Below are positions 29,492-39,997 of a DNA stretch of 64,000 bases, piece by piece. The notes below the pieces were generated by a model that was not told where the DNA came from, did not search any database, and saw only the letters and a program-made list of their open reading frames with translations. This DNA is from Candidatus Levyibacteriota bacterium (GTDB taxonomy: Bacteria; Patescibacteriota; Microgenomatia; Levybacterales; UBA12049), in NCBI GenBank assembly GCA_963790825.1, contig CAWBPM010000003.1, forward strand, positions 317,681 through 381,680, in the 5' to 3' direction. The stretch's first letter is position 1; each line of letters opens with the position of its first letter. A program made the translations under genes and the position numbers.

Positions 29492-29959
29492 TTATAGCTC
29501 CATCTGTAGCGTCACATCAAAATCACTAAATCCGCAGGCATGGTAAAAATGAATCGCTTTTTCGTTTTGAGCTGCTGCTTCCACTTTAAATCTGGTTGCA
29601 CCTTTTTCTTTCGCAAGTTTTCTTGCTTCCACCATTAATCTTTTGCCAACCCCATTTCTCCTATATGTTTCTTCTATAAACATATTATCCAGTTCTGCAA
29701 TCGGATTTTGTTTCCGAAATGGAAGATTATAAATTGATACGGCAATATATCCGATGATTTTTTTATCAACCTCGGCAACCAGCGCAATACCTTTTTCGCC
29801 CTCTATGGCTTTTTTAAATGCACCCCTTCCAACTTCCGAATATGTCCAATCTAGATTATATTCGTCGTTGAAAATAGTCTCGTAATCAAAAAGCATTTTA
29901 TTTAATCTTAGAATTTCTTCCAAGTCTCTCATTGTCGCTGGTCTTATTCGTATATCCAT
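29492..29959 (-). CDS. GNAT acetyltransferase
   Basis: IRPAT..DL, YRRNGVG, N..AIHFY...GF. Confidence 0.92.
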   Translation of the reverse strand: MDIRIRPATMRDLEEILRLNKMLFDYETIFNDEYNLDWTYSEVGRGAFKKAIEGEKGIALVAEVDKKIIGYIAVSIYNLPFRKQNPIAELDNMFIEETYRRNGVGKRLMVEARKLAKEKGATRFKVEAAAQNEKAIHFYHACGFSDFDVTLQMEL

Positions 29960-30018
29960 ACCAGGATTATATCATTGATTCATCAAACCAGAGAGTTGTT
30001 TTAATTCTGGAAGATTAT

Positions 30019-31296
30019 TTATACCGAAGTTTCCGGGTAAACGGAGCGGAATTCGCGAATTGCAGTTACTTTTACTTCTCCCGGCACTGCCATGGACTTA
30101 CTGATTTCTTCTTGGAGTTTACGGGCAAGAATTGTAGTCTGGGCATCATCGAGTCTCCCGGGATTAATAATAACCCGAAGCTCCCGACCTGCTTCAAACG
30201 CGAATGCTCCTTCAACACCTTCATATTTCTTCGCCAGTTCTTCCATGTCTTTTAAGCGTTTGGCATAATTTTCAATGTCGGCAAACCGCGCTCCTGGCCT
30301 GGCAGCTGAAACTGCATCTGCAATGTGAACAATAATAGATTCTACGGAAGAAAACGGCTTATCTTCATGATGCTCTGCGACAATGTTAATAACAAGCTCT
30401 GGAAAATTATACTTTTTTAGAAGTTCAACGCCTAATTTTACATGGCTGCCGTCTCCTTCAACAATTTTTCCGATATCATGAAACAGTCCTGCCAGACGAA
30501 CGATATTTACATCCGCGCCAACTTCCTGCGCCAGGTGTACGGCTATTTTTCCAACCTCCAGAGAATGAACTGCCAGATTCTGACCGTAGGAAGTTCTGAA
30601 TTTAAATCTCCCAAGCATCGTATATAAATCAGCCGGTAAATTGTAAACATTCATTTCTGAGGCTATTTTTTCGCCTTCCGCGAACATGATTTTATCCAGT
30701 TCTTCTCTGGTCTGCTCAACTATTTCCTCAATTCTAAATGGTTGGATACGCGTATCTTTCAGAAGTTTTTCCAAGGAGCGCCTGGCAACTTCTCTTCGGA
30801 TTTGATCAAAACAGGAAAGGCGGATTATTCCTTCTTCGTCCAGATCGACATCAACTCCTGTAGCCTGTTCAAACGCCCGTATATTTCGCCCTTCTTTCCC
30901 GATAATTCTGCCTTTCATTTCTTCATCGGGTACTTTCACAATGGAAACAGTAAATTCCGCCACATAATTTAAAGCACCATGCTGGATGCTATCAACCAGA
31001 ATTTCCTGACCCTTTTTATCGGCAGTTCTTTTCGCTTCTTCTTCTTTTTCTTTAATAATCTTGGCAATCTGTTGCGTGGAATTTCTTTCAGTTTCCGTTA
31101 GAAGTTCGGATCTTGCTTCATCCTGCGTCAGACCTGAAGCTTTCTCAAGTTTCTGTACGTATTCTTTTCGCTTATTTTCAAGCTCTTCACGTCCGCGGTT
31201 TAGCTCCTCTGTTTTCTGTTCGAGTTTTTCCTGACGTTCCAAAAGCTTTTTTTCGAGTTCTAATAAATCCTGATGTGTACTGTTATTATCAGACAT
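30019..31296 (-). CDS. rny: ribonuclease Y
   Basis: KGRIIGKEGRNIR KH domain, RTSYGQN, HDIGK HD motif, ARPGAR. Confidence 0.95.
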   Translation of the reverse strand: MSDNNSTHQDLLELEKKLLERQEKLEQKTEELNRGREELENKRKEYVQKLEKASGLTQDEARSELLTETERNSTQQIAKIIKEKEEEAKRTADKKGQEILVDSIQHGALNYVAEFTVSIVKVPDEEMKGRIIGKEGRNIRAFEQATGVDVDLDEEGIIRLSCFDQIRREVARRSLEKLLKDTRIQPFRIEEIVEQTREELDKIMFAEGEKIASEMNVYNLPADLYTMLGRFKFRTSYGQNLAVHSLEVGKIAVHLAQEVGADVNIVRLAGLFHDIGKIVEGDGSHVKLGVELLKKYNFPELVINIVAEHHEDKPFSSVESIIVHIADAVSAARPGARFADIENYAKRLKDMEELAKKYEGVEGAFAFEAGRELRVIINPGRLDDAQTTILARKLQEEISKSMAVPGEVKVTAIREFRSVYPETSV

Positions 31297-31420
31297 AAAA
31301 ATTGCAGCAATAGAGGAGGGCTTTTAGAGCCCCAGTAAAAGTGTACTATAATTAGCTTGATCTATGATTTGCATAAATCCCCAACAATTTCTATTGCCAC
31401 CAGTTATTATTATACGTTAC

Positions 31421-31888
31421 TTAAAAAGTATCGTCAATCGCTTTTTTAATAATCTCCCATCTAAATCCCCGACGAGCCAGGAATGCACCGGCTTTTTGAT
31501 ATAATTCTTGCTTTGTCAGTCCTGTATATCGATCTCTACGGCTCTTAAGTAGATTTTTAGCCAGCGTATAATCGTCAGGCTTCTCTGAGTCGTCTTCAAA
31601 AGAAGCAAATGCCTCCTCTATCGTGTCTTTATTTACTCCTTTTAGCCGAAGTTCGAATTCCACAACACTTCGACTTTTGGGCTTATAGGTAGTCCTGCTT
31701 CGTATCCACGACTTGGCAAATTCCAGGTCGCTCAGGAATTTTTGCTGCTTTAAAACGCTAATTACTTTTTCTATTACTTCCTCCGAGGCTTGATGTTTTA
31801 AGAGATTATCGCGAACTTCTTTCTCGGAGCGGGAACGAATAGATAAAAATCTGATCGCGAGATTAAGATACCTTTGGTAGTGTTCCAT
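31421..31888 (-). CDS. recX: RecX regulator
   Basis: LSIRSRSEKE, ELRLKGV, LARRGF; directly downstream of recA. Confidence 0.92.
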   Translation of the reverse strand: MEHYQRYLNLAIRFLSIRSRSEKEVRDNLLKHQASEEVIEKVISVLKQQKFLSDLEFAKSWIRSRTTYKPKSRSVVEFELRLKGVNKDTIEEAFASFEDDSEKPDDYTLAKNLLKSRRDRYTGLTKQELYQKAGAFLARRGFRWEIIKKAIDDTF

Positions 31889-31921
31889 AACTTTTAGCCA
31901 ATTATAGCATTAAAGAGGAAT

Positions 31922-33037
31922 TTAGGTTGATTTTGTGGAGTTATTATTTCCCGTTTCTTCGTCACTTTCTTCCATACCGACTGCCACCGGCATTGGGACG
32001 GCTCCGTCTTTTGATTTGGCCATAATTTCCGAAACAATTTTTTTCGTTTGATCCGGATTTTCTTTCAGCCAATCCATGGCAGCAAGTTTACCCTGTCCCA
32101 TCATCGTTTCGCCATATCTGTAAAACGCCCCTGATTTTTGAACAATTCCCATTTCAACGCCGACATCCATAATCCCGCCCTCCCGGGAAATTCCTGCTCC
32201 TGTAACATCAAATTCTGCCAATCTGAAAGGCGAGGATACTTTATTTTTTACCACCTTCACACGGTGCCGGGAACCTACTGCTCTATCTCCTTCCTTAATC
32301 GTTTCTATTTTACGAACATCCATACGAATAGTCGCGTAAAACTTAAGTGCAAGTCCGCCTGTTGTGGTTTCAGGATTACCAAACATCACGCCGATTTTCT
32401 GGCGCAATTGATTGGTAAAAATTACCACGGTTTTTGATTTCGAGATAACGCCGGTCAGTTTTCTTAATGCCTGTGACATAAGCCTTGCTTGGAGTCCCAT
32501 CACCGATTCTCCCATTTCTCCTTCAATCTCAGCTCGTGGAACGAGCGCTGCTACCGAGTCAATAACCAACACATCAACCGCTCCCGAACGAACCAAACTT
32601 TCGGTAATTTCAAGCGCCTGTTCTCCTGTATCCGGTTGGGAGATAAGAAGATCATCCAGTTTTACACCTAACCGCGCAGCCCACAATGGATCAAGCGCGT
32701 GCTCCGCGTCGATAAACGCAGCAATCCCGCCATGCTTTTGCGCTTGGGCAATTGTTGAGAGACAAACCGTAGTTTTTCCCGACGACTCAGGACCATAAAT
32801 TTCGATAATCCTGCCCCGCGGAAGTCCCCCGACACCAAGTGCTATATCTAAAGGCAAACAGCCGGTTGAAATAACTGAAATATCCAGTTTTTGTGCCGCT
32901 TCGCCAAAACGCATGATAGAACCCCTGCCATACTGTTTCTCAATTTGGTCCATGGCTATACGGATTGATTCTAATTTCGCGGAAGCGTCACTGGGGGCTT
33001 GCATTGTTTTCGCATTATTCGTGTGTGTCCGTGCCAT
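31922..33037 (-). CDS. recA: recombinase RecA
   Basis: [28 protein letters not shown]. Confidence 0.99.
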   Translation of the reverse strand: MARTHTNNAKTMQAPSDASAKLESIRIAMDQIEKQYGRGSIMRFGEAAQKLDISVISTGCLPLDIALGVGGLPRGRIIEIYGPESSGKTTVCLSTIAQAQKHGGIAAFIDAEHALDPLWAARLGVKLDDLLISQPDTGEQALEITESLVRSGAVDVLVIDSVAALVPRAEIEGEMGESVMGLQARLMSQALRKLTGVISKSKTVVIFTNQLRQKIGVMFGNPETTTGGLALKFYATIRMDVRKIETIKEGDRAVGSRHRVKVVKNKVSSPFRLAEFDVTGAGISREGGIMDVGVEMGIVQKSGAFYRYGETMMGQGKLAAMDWLKENPDQTKKIVSEIMAKSKDGAVPMPVAVGMEESDEETGNNNSTKST

Positions 33038-33140
33038 AATATGTGTAAAATATATACGAGATTATGCTAAAATACAAGATAGCAAAATCAGTTATCGGTT
33101 ATTAATTTTTTGCTTGAAAATGCAAATTAAAAATTTAAAA

Positions 33141-33211
33141 CGGGGAATAGTATAGCGGTAGTACGCCGCGCTGGGGGTGCGGTAGCGGGAGTTCAATTCT
33201 CCCTTCCCCGA
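33141..33211 (+). tRNA. tRNA-Pro(GGG)
   Basis: Acceptor CGGGGAA/TTCCCCG, anticodon arm CCGCG-CTGGGGG-TGCGG, GTTCAAT T-loop; CCA not encoded. Confidence 0.92.
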
Positions 33212-33215
33212 CACT

Positions 33216-34366
33216 AGAAGCGTATCAAAAATGGCAGTTAGAAATTAAAAAAACGTTGGCAGGACAACGTCGTGTTTTTTAGTCATACTTACCCCTGTTT
33301 TCCCGTTCATGTATCTAAATTTACCTCTGCAATCAGTGTATTTAGTAAAACGTCGTTTCAGGATATATCCGTTAAACCATAATCTAGCATGAGTTAGGGA
33401 TTGGAATGAACGAAGCGAGAAAAGCCGGGCTTCAAGATGACCATTTAAGCCTTCAATCATATTTGAGGTAATAGGTGCTCGCGGTATATTCCTGTAGGCT
33501 GTAAGTTCCGGTTTGTATTTCTCAATATTTGTCAGTATAGATAGACAGAGAGGATCCGTATGATAGTCTTTGTAAAGAGCAAATAACTTTTTATTCATAG
33601 CATCATCTGATAGTTTTTCAGTGAGTATATCCTCAATTCTTCTCATAAAGGGTTTATAGGTAGTATCTGATCTGACCTTGAGGTTCCCTCTGATATTTTC
33701 TTTGAAATGGTTAAAGCAGGTTTGAATCTTAACCTCCGGAAAGCTGTTTCTGGCAGCCAGCTTAAGATTAGTATTATCATCACAAACTAATAATTCTATA
33801 TATCTATTTAGAATTCTAAAGATAGAGAAATACGTTGCCCAGGCTGAATAGTTTTCAGAAGGTGCAAGGATAAATACAGGGATATCATGTTTGAAATAAT
33901 CAATTCCCCAAAGCAGTGCATAATCATATTCAAATCCTTTGATATTAAAATACTTCCCATCGCAGACATAGATATTGGAAAATCTATTACAATACTTAAA
34001 GCTAAACTTATTATTATCAGGCAGCTTTAGCAGTGCTTCCTCACATACTCTCCAGGCTGTCATGGAAGAGGTATCATACTTTATAGCTAGTTTTCGAAAG
34101 GATAAACCATCCAAATGATCATTCAATATTGCTTTTGAATCCAGATGAATTGTCTTAATGGAAAAATATATTACGCACTTTTTACATTTATAGCGAATGG
34201 AGTTTCCTCGTTTTGTATGACGGATAACAGACCTTGTTGATTGACACGTGGGGCATTTGTATTTCTTCATACTGAAAGTACTTTACGTATACCCCATCTT
34301 TTACTTGTTTATATTGCAATGTCAAGTAATACTACCTATTGCAACTGCCATTTTTGATACGCTGTC
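33216..34366 (-). mobile_element. IS256/MULE-family insertion sequence
   Basis: 21-bp perfect TIR core AGCGTATCAAAAATGGCAGTT (33219-33239 / 34343-34363); duplication CCCGACACT at 33207-33215 and 34367-34375. Confidence 0.88.
33245..34270 (-). CDS. IS256-like DDE transposase with N-terminal Zn ribbon
   Basis: CPTC..CKKC, VCDGK, VCDD, QTCFNH (CxxH), TSNMIEGLN. Confidence 0.88.
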   Translation of the reverse strand: MKKYKCPTCQSTRSVIRHTKRGNSIRYKCKKCVIYFSIKTIHLDSKAILNDHLDGLSFRKLAIKYDTSSMTAWRVCEEALLKLPDNNKFSFKYCNRFSNIYVCDGKYFNIKGFEYDYALLWGIDYFKHDIPVFILAPSENYSAWATYFSIFRILNRYIELLVCDDNTNLKLAARNSFPEVKIQTCFNHFKENIRGNLKVRSDTTYKPFMRRIEDILTEKLSDDAMNKKLFALYKDYHTDPLCLSILTNIEKYKPELTAYRNIPRAPITSNMIEGLNGHLEARLFSLRSFQSLTHARLWFNGYILKRRFTKYTDCRGKFRYMNGKTGVSMTKKHDVVLPTFF

Positions 34367-34501
34367 CCCGACACTTCGACTCACAAGGAGAAGTGCCCTG
34401 AACCTGCCGAAGGACAATTTAAACTATAACTCTTCGATCTTATGAAAAATAAACTTCTTAAAAATATACGCCTGCAGTTATTAATTAGTATGAATTTTCA
34501 A

Positions 34502-35929
34502 TCAGGTATTAATGTGCTTTCCTTGGAGAGTTTGCCAAAGTATTTTTAGAGAGCCTCGCCATTTCTTCATCTTATATCTTCCCTTAACGTGAGTTTTTGT
34601 CCATACATCGGGAAATACATTTGAGGCTTTATATTTTTCTCTTAACTTTTTGTACCAATCGTAATCGTAAATCTGCCAGAATTCATTTTCTGTATAATAC
34701 TGATGAGCATAAAGCATTTTACGGCCATCCATCTTTTTTATTTCTGCTTCAAATTCTCTATTTATTCGAATTGGATCTTTAAGATATTTCTCTGTTTGAC
34801 CCCACACCCCAACATCAATTAAAAAATCGTCTGTGTCAATAAAATGGGGAGATAATTTTTGTAGAGTTTCGCTTGGTTTTATCGGACAGAGCCATATAGG
34901 CCAAATATCAACTGTTTTTGCAGAATATTCAAGGAAACCAGCTGTTTTATTCCATGGCAGATAAAAATCCTGCACTAACCAATCTTGGCCCATATTTACA
35001 GCGTGTAATCCATCAAATAATTTTCTTGTATTCATCAGTGGATTTAGTAGATATCTGATCAGTTTATTGTTCGGGATATGAAAGAAGGGAAATACGAATT
35101 CTCCTGTCCAAAATGCGCCACGATTGTATCTGAATAGATAATCAACAATAGGAATTAGCTCTTCGCTGTCTTTTAAAGAATTGGCAATATTTCTTGCCCG
35201 TTCATAAAACCAAAGATCTCTGGCTTTGGAGTATGTTTTTATTGCTAACGTCCCGTTTTCTACTAATTCTCCCGTAATTATAACTGAGCGATTTGGACTA
35301 AAAATAATACCTTCCAGAAAATCTATGTTTCTATCATCAAGAAGTTTATGTATTTTAGCCAAAGTTTCTTTATAACTATTCGTTACCGTATGTTTTACTC
35401 GCACGTACTTTGACGCTTTACTGAGACGTAGTTTAATTAGGCTTAAAAGACCTAGGCTTCCGTAAGCTCCGGAAATAGCAGAGAAAATATCTTGATTTTG
35501 TTTTGCAGATGCCTTAATAATTTCTCCGCTACCTAAAATAATTTCATACTCCTGAGCATTATCATTGAATTGTCCGAATCTAAATGACGAGCTTTCGAGA
35601 GCTGTTCCGTTAACTGCCCCTCCTACGCTAATCCCCGGAAATTCCATAACAACGGGAGGTATTAGACCGAAACGCAGTGTAGCGGCAACTAATTTATCCA
35701 TCGGAACATTTGGCTCTACGAGAACAAATCCGTCCTCAGCGTTAATCTCGATAACTTCATCTAAATGAGATATGTTTATCCAATGATATTCGTTCTGGCT
35801 GTTTTCCCTGGTCGAGTTACTATTACCGTGATAAAAACGAAGTTTTTTATCTTTTCTTGACTTACCGTATTCTTTTATTTGTCTTGCTATAGCCGCAATT
35901 TTTTTTTCATGTTTTTCTAATGATTTCAT
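34502..35929 (-). CDS. FAD-linked oxidoreductase, Delta24-sterol reductase (DHCR24/DWF1)-like
   Basis: VEPNVPMD, PVVMEFPGISVGG, ESSSFRFG, GAYGSLG, YLFRYNRGAFW, WPIWLCP, GRKMLYA. Confidence 0.85.
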   Translation of the reverse strand: MKSLEKHEKKIAAIARQIKEYGKSRKDKKLRFYHGNSNSTRENSQNEYHWINISHLDEVIEINAEDGFVLVEPNVPMDKLVAATLRFGLIPPVVMEFPGISVGGAVNGTALESSSFRFGQFNDNAQEYEIILGSGEIIKASAKQNQDIFSAISGAYGSLGLLSLIKLRLSKASKYVRVKHTVTNSYKETLAKIHKLLDDRNIDFLEGIIFSPNRSVIITGELVENGTLAIKTYSKARDLWFYERARNIANSLKDSEELIPIVDYLFRYNRGAFWTGEFVFPFFHIPNNKLIRYLLNPLMNTRKLFDGLHAVNMGQDWLVQDFYLPWNKTAGFLEYSAKTVDIWPIWLCPIKPSETLQKLSPHFIDTDDFLIDVGVWGQTEKYLKDPIRINREFEAEIKKMDGRKMLYAHQYYTENEFWQIYDYDWYKKLREKYKASNVFPDVWTKTHVKGRYKMKKWRGSLKILWQTLQGKHINT

Positions 35930-36026
35930 AAATACTATATTTATTTTATATAAAAAGTATAGCAGAGATACTCTGCGCTTTGAACATTGTGGTGTGAATA
36001 AAAATTAGTAATAAATAACGAAAGAT

Positions 36027-36515
36027 TTATGTGGAATGTGCTGTGGATTCAAGTTTGGTAAGCCTTTTCCCATGATCTTTTACTGTTATTTCCAATTCTC
36101 TTGTATGATGGACACCCACCTCATTATCTATTCTTAAATCATCAACTACTTTTACAAACCCATCGAGTGTCGTAATAACTCTGTCTATTTTTAAACTTAA
36201 TCGTTCTTCGACAGTGTCAATTTTTGCTTCAAGTCTTGATTCTACTCCGTCAATTTTTTTCTCAAGTCGGCTCTGACCATCTTCTATATTCCCTACTTTA
36301 CCCTCTATGTTTTCAATTCGTTCTTCAACCTGCAGGATTTCTCCCCGTAAATTTTTTTCGACTTGTTTCAATTCTGTTTTTGTGGAGAATTTTTTTAAAT
36401 CTTTTTTTGTGGCAAACTGTTTGAGATCGTCCTTAGTCGCAAAGTTTTTTAGACTTTTTTGAAGAGAAGAGATATCCTGTTTGGTTGCAGGTTGCAAGGT
36501 AGTTGCGTGATTCAT
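36027..36515 (-). CDS. coiled-coil protein with ATKxDL repeats
   Basis: ATKQDI/ATKDDL/ATKKDL/STKTEL and RLExKID repeats. Confidence 0.7.
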   Translation of the reverse strand: MNHATTLQPATKQDISSLQKSLKNFATKDDLKQFATKKDLKKFSTKTELKQVEKNLRGEILQVEERIENIEGKVGNIEDGQSRLEKKIDGVESRLEAKIDTVEERLSLKIDRVITTLDGFVKVVDDLRIDNEVGVHHTRELEITVKDHGKRLTKLESTAHST

Positions 36516-36669
36516 AATGCAAATTAGTATATCACCGAGTATTCTGATCGTGTCAATAGATCAACAAACAGTATTTTGATAATGTTTCTCCTCACACAAC
36601 TTATTATTTCACCATATTAATACGCCCGGATTGACAGGAAAGCCTTACCGTCTCTATGATGAAAGTACT

Positions 36670-37536
36670 ATGGCTTCTTCGCATTTTACACATTTAAAAA
36701 AGAAGTGGCTCAGGAAACACCAAGTACTTCAGAAAAAATTATTGACCGCTCATAAAGATGTTTTGCGGAATCTTGACAGTAGGCAACACCTTATCGCAAC
36801 ATTGATGCTTGCAAGTACTCCATTTTTGAGTATTTCGCCGGCAATGGCAGAGGCTGCACTTAGCACATACCAGACAACAAATACAAATAATCAGACCACT
36901 CCTCCTCTGACACGTGAAAGTCTTAGTGCTCTACTAAGCAGTAAATTACCACCCGTTGTACGGGTATTAACTCCCAATGAAGAAAATGATATTGCCGCTT
37001 CTCTTTCTGCTAATCTGCATATGAAAATTACCGCCGAACTTCAAGGAATTCGTTTGAATAGAAGTTATGGAATCATCGGAAAAGAGCAGCATCTGCGAAG
37101 GTTTCCCGGAGATTCGATCTATGACCATATTGATTCTGAAAGCAATGTGCCGGTTTCAGACGGCGTAGCACCGGGGCTTGGCGCGTGGGGTTATTTCGCA
37201 TCCAGTAAAGAACAAATGACGATTGAGGATAGTTTACGGGAAAAATATTATATTGCTGTTCCGACGTTTCTTTCTCCCGGCTGGAATGAGCATATCGGTG
37301 AGTATGGTATTTTTTTTAAATATCGAAAAATGATTGTTATTAATCCGGATAACGGAAAAGCAATTGTTGCGGATATCGCAGATGCCGGACCTGCTCCGTT
37401 TACCGGCAAGAACCTCGGCGGTTCTCCTGAAGTGATGCAGTATCTGGAACGGGTTGACGGGGCAGGACGAGGACCGGTATTATATTTTTTTATCGATGAT
37501 CCGCATGATACAATTCCGTTAGGACCGGTCTTATGA
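36670..37536 (+). CDS. hypothetical protein with C-terminal RlpA/DPBB-like motif
   Basis: VINPDNGKAIVADIADAGP resembles double-psi barrel cell-wall-acting domains. Confidence 0.55.
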   Translation: MASSHFTHLKKKWLRKHQVLQKKLLTAHKDVLRNLDSRQHLIATLMLASTPFLSISPAMAEAALSTYQTTNTNNQTTPPLTRESLSALLSSKLPPVVRVLTPNEENDIAASLSANLHMKITAELQGIRLNRSYGIIGKEQHLRRFPGDSIYDHIDSESNVPVSDGVAPGLGAWGYFASSKEQMTIEDSLREKYYIAVPTFLSPGWNEHIGEYGIFFKYRKMIVINPDNGKAIVADIADAGPAPFTGKNLGGSPEVMQYLERVDGAGRGPVLYFFIDDPHDTIPLGPVL

Positions 37537-37883
37537 ACAAAACAATGAACAAACATTTTTATACCCATCTTATTTCTCTTGATTTAGTTAACCGTGAGTT
37601 ACTTAGTCTTACTATTTCTGAAGATGAGCGAGTAGAGTTAATTAGTATTATCCATTCCAGTCTTCACTATACGATTATCAATCTTGTACTTTCCCATTTG
37701 GAAACAAAAGACAAAAAAACTTTTTTAGCCCAGGCAGCGAAAAATGATCACACTAAAACCTGGACGTTTCTAAAAGCAAAAACAGAACACATGGAAGAGG
37801 AAATTATCAAAGCTGTAAAAAATTTGGAAAAGGAATTTCTACAAGATATCGAGGAGCTACGCAAAGAAAAGTCTCTAAAATAG
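37533..37883 (+). CDS. hypothetical helical protein
   Basis: 116 aa; ATGA overlap with the upstream gene. Confidence 0.7.
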   Translation: MNKTMNKHFYTHLISLDLVNRELLSLTISEDERVELISIIHSSLHYTIINLVLSHLETKDKKTFLAQAAKNDHTKTWTFLKAKTEHMEEEIIKAVKNLEKEFLQDIEELRKEKSLK

Positions 37884-38387
37884 TTTTGAGAAGAAGTTTT
37901 TGAGCGATTCAAGTTCTGTTTGAAAGAATGTTTTTAGATCATATTGTTTTGTCTCTGCCAGCTGTTTCTTTGCATTTGCTTTCGCTTTCGCCTGAGCAAT
38001 TTGTTGTTTAATCTTTGCCTCTTGAGAGCTAATTTGCTCTTTTGCTGCACCAGGCGTAAGAGTTGAGGCAGGACTTCCTGTAATTATTTGTGTACTTGAT
38101 GAATTATCGTTTGTATTGTCGACGTGAACTGTAGTATTGCCGTCATCCGATTTAATAGTCACATCCCCCGGAGTGTCGGATTCATAAACTTTTCCATTTT
38201 CATTAATATATGTATGTGTCGTTGAGTTATTAGTCGAAGTATTACTGGAACTTGAATTTACACTACTATTTACATTGACACTTGAATCTCCAGTTGTCGA
38301 AACGTTAACTGTTGAGGTAACTGCGAAAGCTTTTGAGGGAAGGAGAAACAGAAGTGACACAATGAGCATATAGCCTGATCGTCTCAT
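37875..38387 (-). CDS. secreted Ser/Thr-rich protein
   Basis: Signal peptide ending KAFA, S/T/N-rich region. Confidence 0.7.
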   Translation of the reverse strand: MRRSGYMLIVSLLFLLPSKAFAVTSTVNVSTTGDSSVNVNSSVNSSSSNTSTNNSTTHTYINENGKVYESDTPGDVTIKSDDGNTTVHVDNTNDNSSSTQIITGSPASTLTPGAAKEQISSQEAKIKQQIAQAKAKANAKKQLAETKQYDLKTFFQTELESLKNFFSKLF

Positions 38388-38503
38388 ATAATTGTTACTA
38401 TAACACATTATACGCAGTAGCCGCAAGGACATTGTTGTAAATTATTAATGACCTTGCAAGAACCCGTACAGTTGCTGTAGTATAATACTCTTACCTATTG
38501 ATT

Positions 38504-39337
38504 ATGACAAGTGATAAATATAAATACTCAGCTACCTGGGTCTCATATTCGTCCATAAATGATTTTCTCAAATGTCCCAGGTTGTATTATTTACATAATA
38601 TATATCGGGATCCGAAAACCGGGCGGAAAATAAATCTGATTAATCCCTCACTTGCGCTTGGACAAATTATTCATGAGGTACTTGAGGATCTCTCGTTTTT
38701 AAAAACCGAAGACCGGATGAAAGAACCGCTTATTACCGTTTACGAAGCTGCTTGGGAAAAAATACAGGGTAAAAAAGGCGGGTTCACGGATAAATCCGAG
38801 GAGGAAACAATAAAAGAACACGGTAGGCAAATGTTGCAACGCATCCAAAATAATCCCGGACCGCTGCTTAGAAAAGCAATAAAAATCCGCAAAGATTTGC
38901 CAAATTACTACCTGTCTATAGAAGATGATATTATTCTCTGTGGAAAAATTGACTGGCTGGAGTATTTACCGGAGTCTGACAGTGTCCATGTGATTGATTT
39001 CAAAACCGGTAAACATGAAGAAAAAGCAGATTCGCTGCAATTGCCTATTTATCATCTCTTAGTTCATAATTGCCAAAAAAGAAATGTAACGAAAGCCAGT
39101 TATTGGTACCTGGATAAAGCCGATTCACCCAGCGAAGTTTCTCTGCCGGATCTGGAAGTTGCTAAAACTTCGGTATTAGATCTGGCACGCCGCGTAAAAC
39201 TCGCCAGAACGAATAAGGAGTTTCATTGCCCCACTTCCAAATGTCGGGAATGTGAGCCATATGAGGCAATCCTAAGAGGAGACGGGGAATTTGTCGGTGT
39301 AGGAGAATATAATCAGGATATCTACGTTAAAAACTAA
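38504..39337 (+). CDS. PD-(D/E)XK (RecB/Cas4-like) nuclease
   Basis: SYSS...CPR, GQIIH, GKID..VIDFKTG, QLPIY, C..C..C. Confidence 0.85.
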   Translation: MTSDKYKYSATWVSYSSINDFLKCPRLYYLHNIYRDPKTGRKINLINPSLALGQIIHEVLEDLSFLKTEDRMKEPLITVYEAAWEKIQGKKGGFTDKSEEETIKEHGRQMLQRIQNNPGPLLRKAIKIRKDLPNYYLSIEDDIILCGKIDWLEYLPESDSVHVIDFKTGKHEEKADSLQLPIYHLLVHNCQKRNVTKASYWYLDKADSPSEVSLPDLEVAKTSVLDLARRVKLARTNKEFHCPTSKCRECEPYEAILRGDGEFVGVGEYNQDIYVKN

Positions 39338-39382
39338 ATTTGTAATTTTTAAATTTATTGTATAATACATTGTTTCCTATTT

Positions 39383-39979
39383 ATGAAAAAGAAAACTACT
39401 GCTTTTTGCTCGATTGAACCGACTTATCCCCAAAGTGGCTACATCACACTGCTTTTTATCACGAGCGATAATGAAATTACCAATATTTATCCCATGATGC
39501 CGATTTTTGAACAAGTTGATCAAATTACTCCTTCAATTATGGAAGTGGTTAAAAATATCGATAAAAACTATGACTATCGAATCCACGAAAATGCTGTTCT
39601 TATTCCAATTACTTATCATGCTCGCTTTCCCTTAAAGCGGGCATATTGGAAAAATCCTATCCAACATTTTGACGAGATAGACCGGCTGAAAATTTTTATG
39701 CCGGTAGTTCGTAATCCTGCATTTTATAAACTTCTCGTTACCCCGACATTTCTCGACGAAAAAAACCTCTGGCACTTGCACGCAACTCTGCCAATACTTA
39801 TTTCAAGTAAAGATGAGATCATTGAGCGTTTTATGTGCACGTCCGATCATCCGGTTGATGAGAGAGCTAAATCCGCAGCGCTTTATCTGCTTGGAACACC
39901 GGTGAAGTTTAATTGGAATACCAGGAAAATTACCGGTATTCATGTTGAACTGCAAAGAACCGAGGAAGAACGAAATTAA
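39383..39979 (+). CDS. hypothetical protein
   Basis: 198-aa ORF after a TATAAT box. Confidence 0.65.
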   Translation: MKKKTTAFCSIEPTYPQSGYITLLFITSDNEITNIYPMMPIFEQVDQITPSIMEVVKNIDKNYDYRIHENAVLIPITYHARFPLKRAYWKNPIQHFDEIDRLKIFMPVVRNPAFYKLLVTPTFLDEKNLWHLHATLPILISSKDEIIERFMCTSDHPVDERAKSAALYLLGTPVKFNWNTRKITGIHVELQRTEEERN

Positions 39980-39997
39980 CAAACAATACCAGGCGAT

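Noticed and set aside
33038-33140. LexA/SOS box upstream of recA
   Set aside because: No convincing dyad matching known LexA boxes.
33216-36515. Integrase-type genomic island at tRNA-Pro
   Set aside because: The tRNA-end duplication is explained by the IS target-site duplication; no integrase or distal att site was seen.
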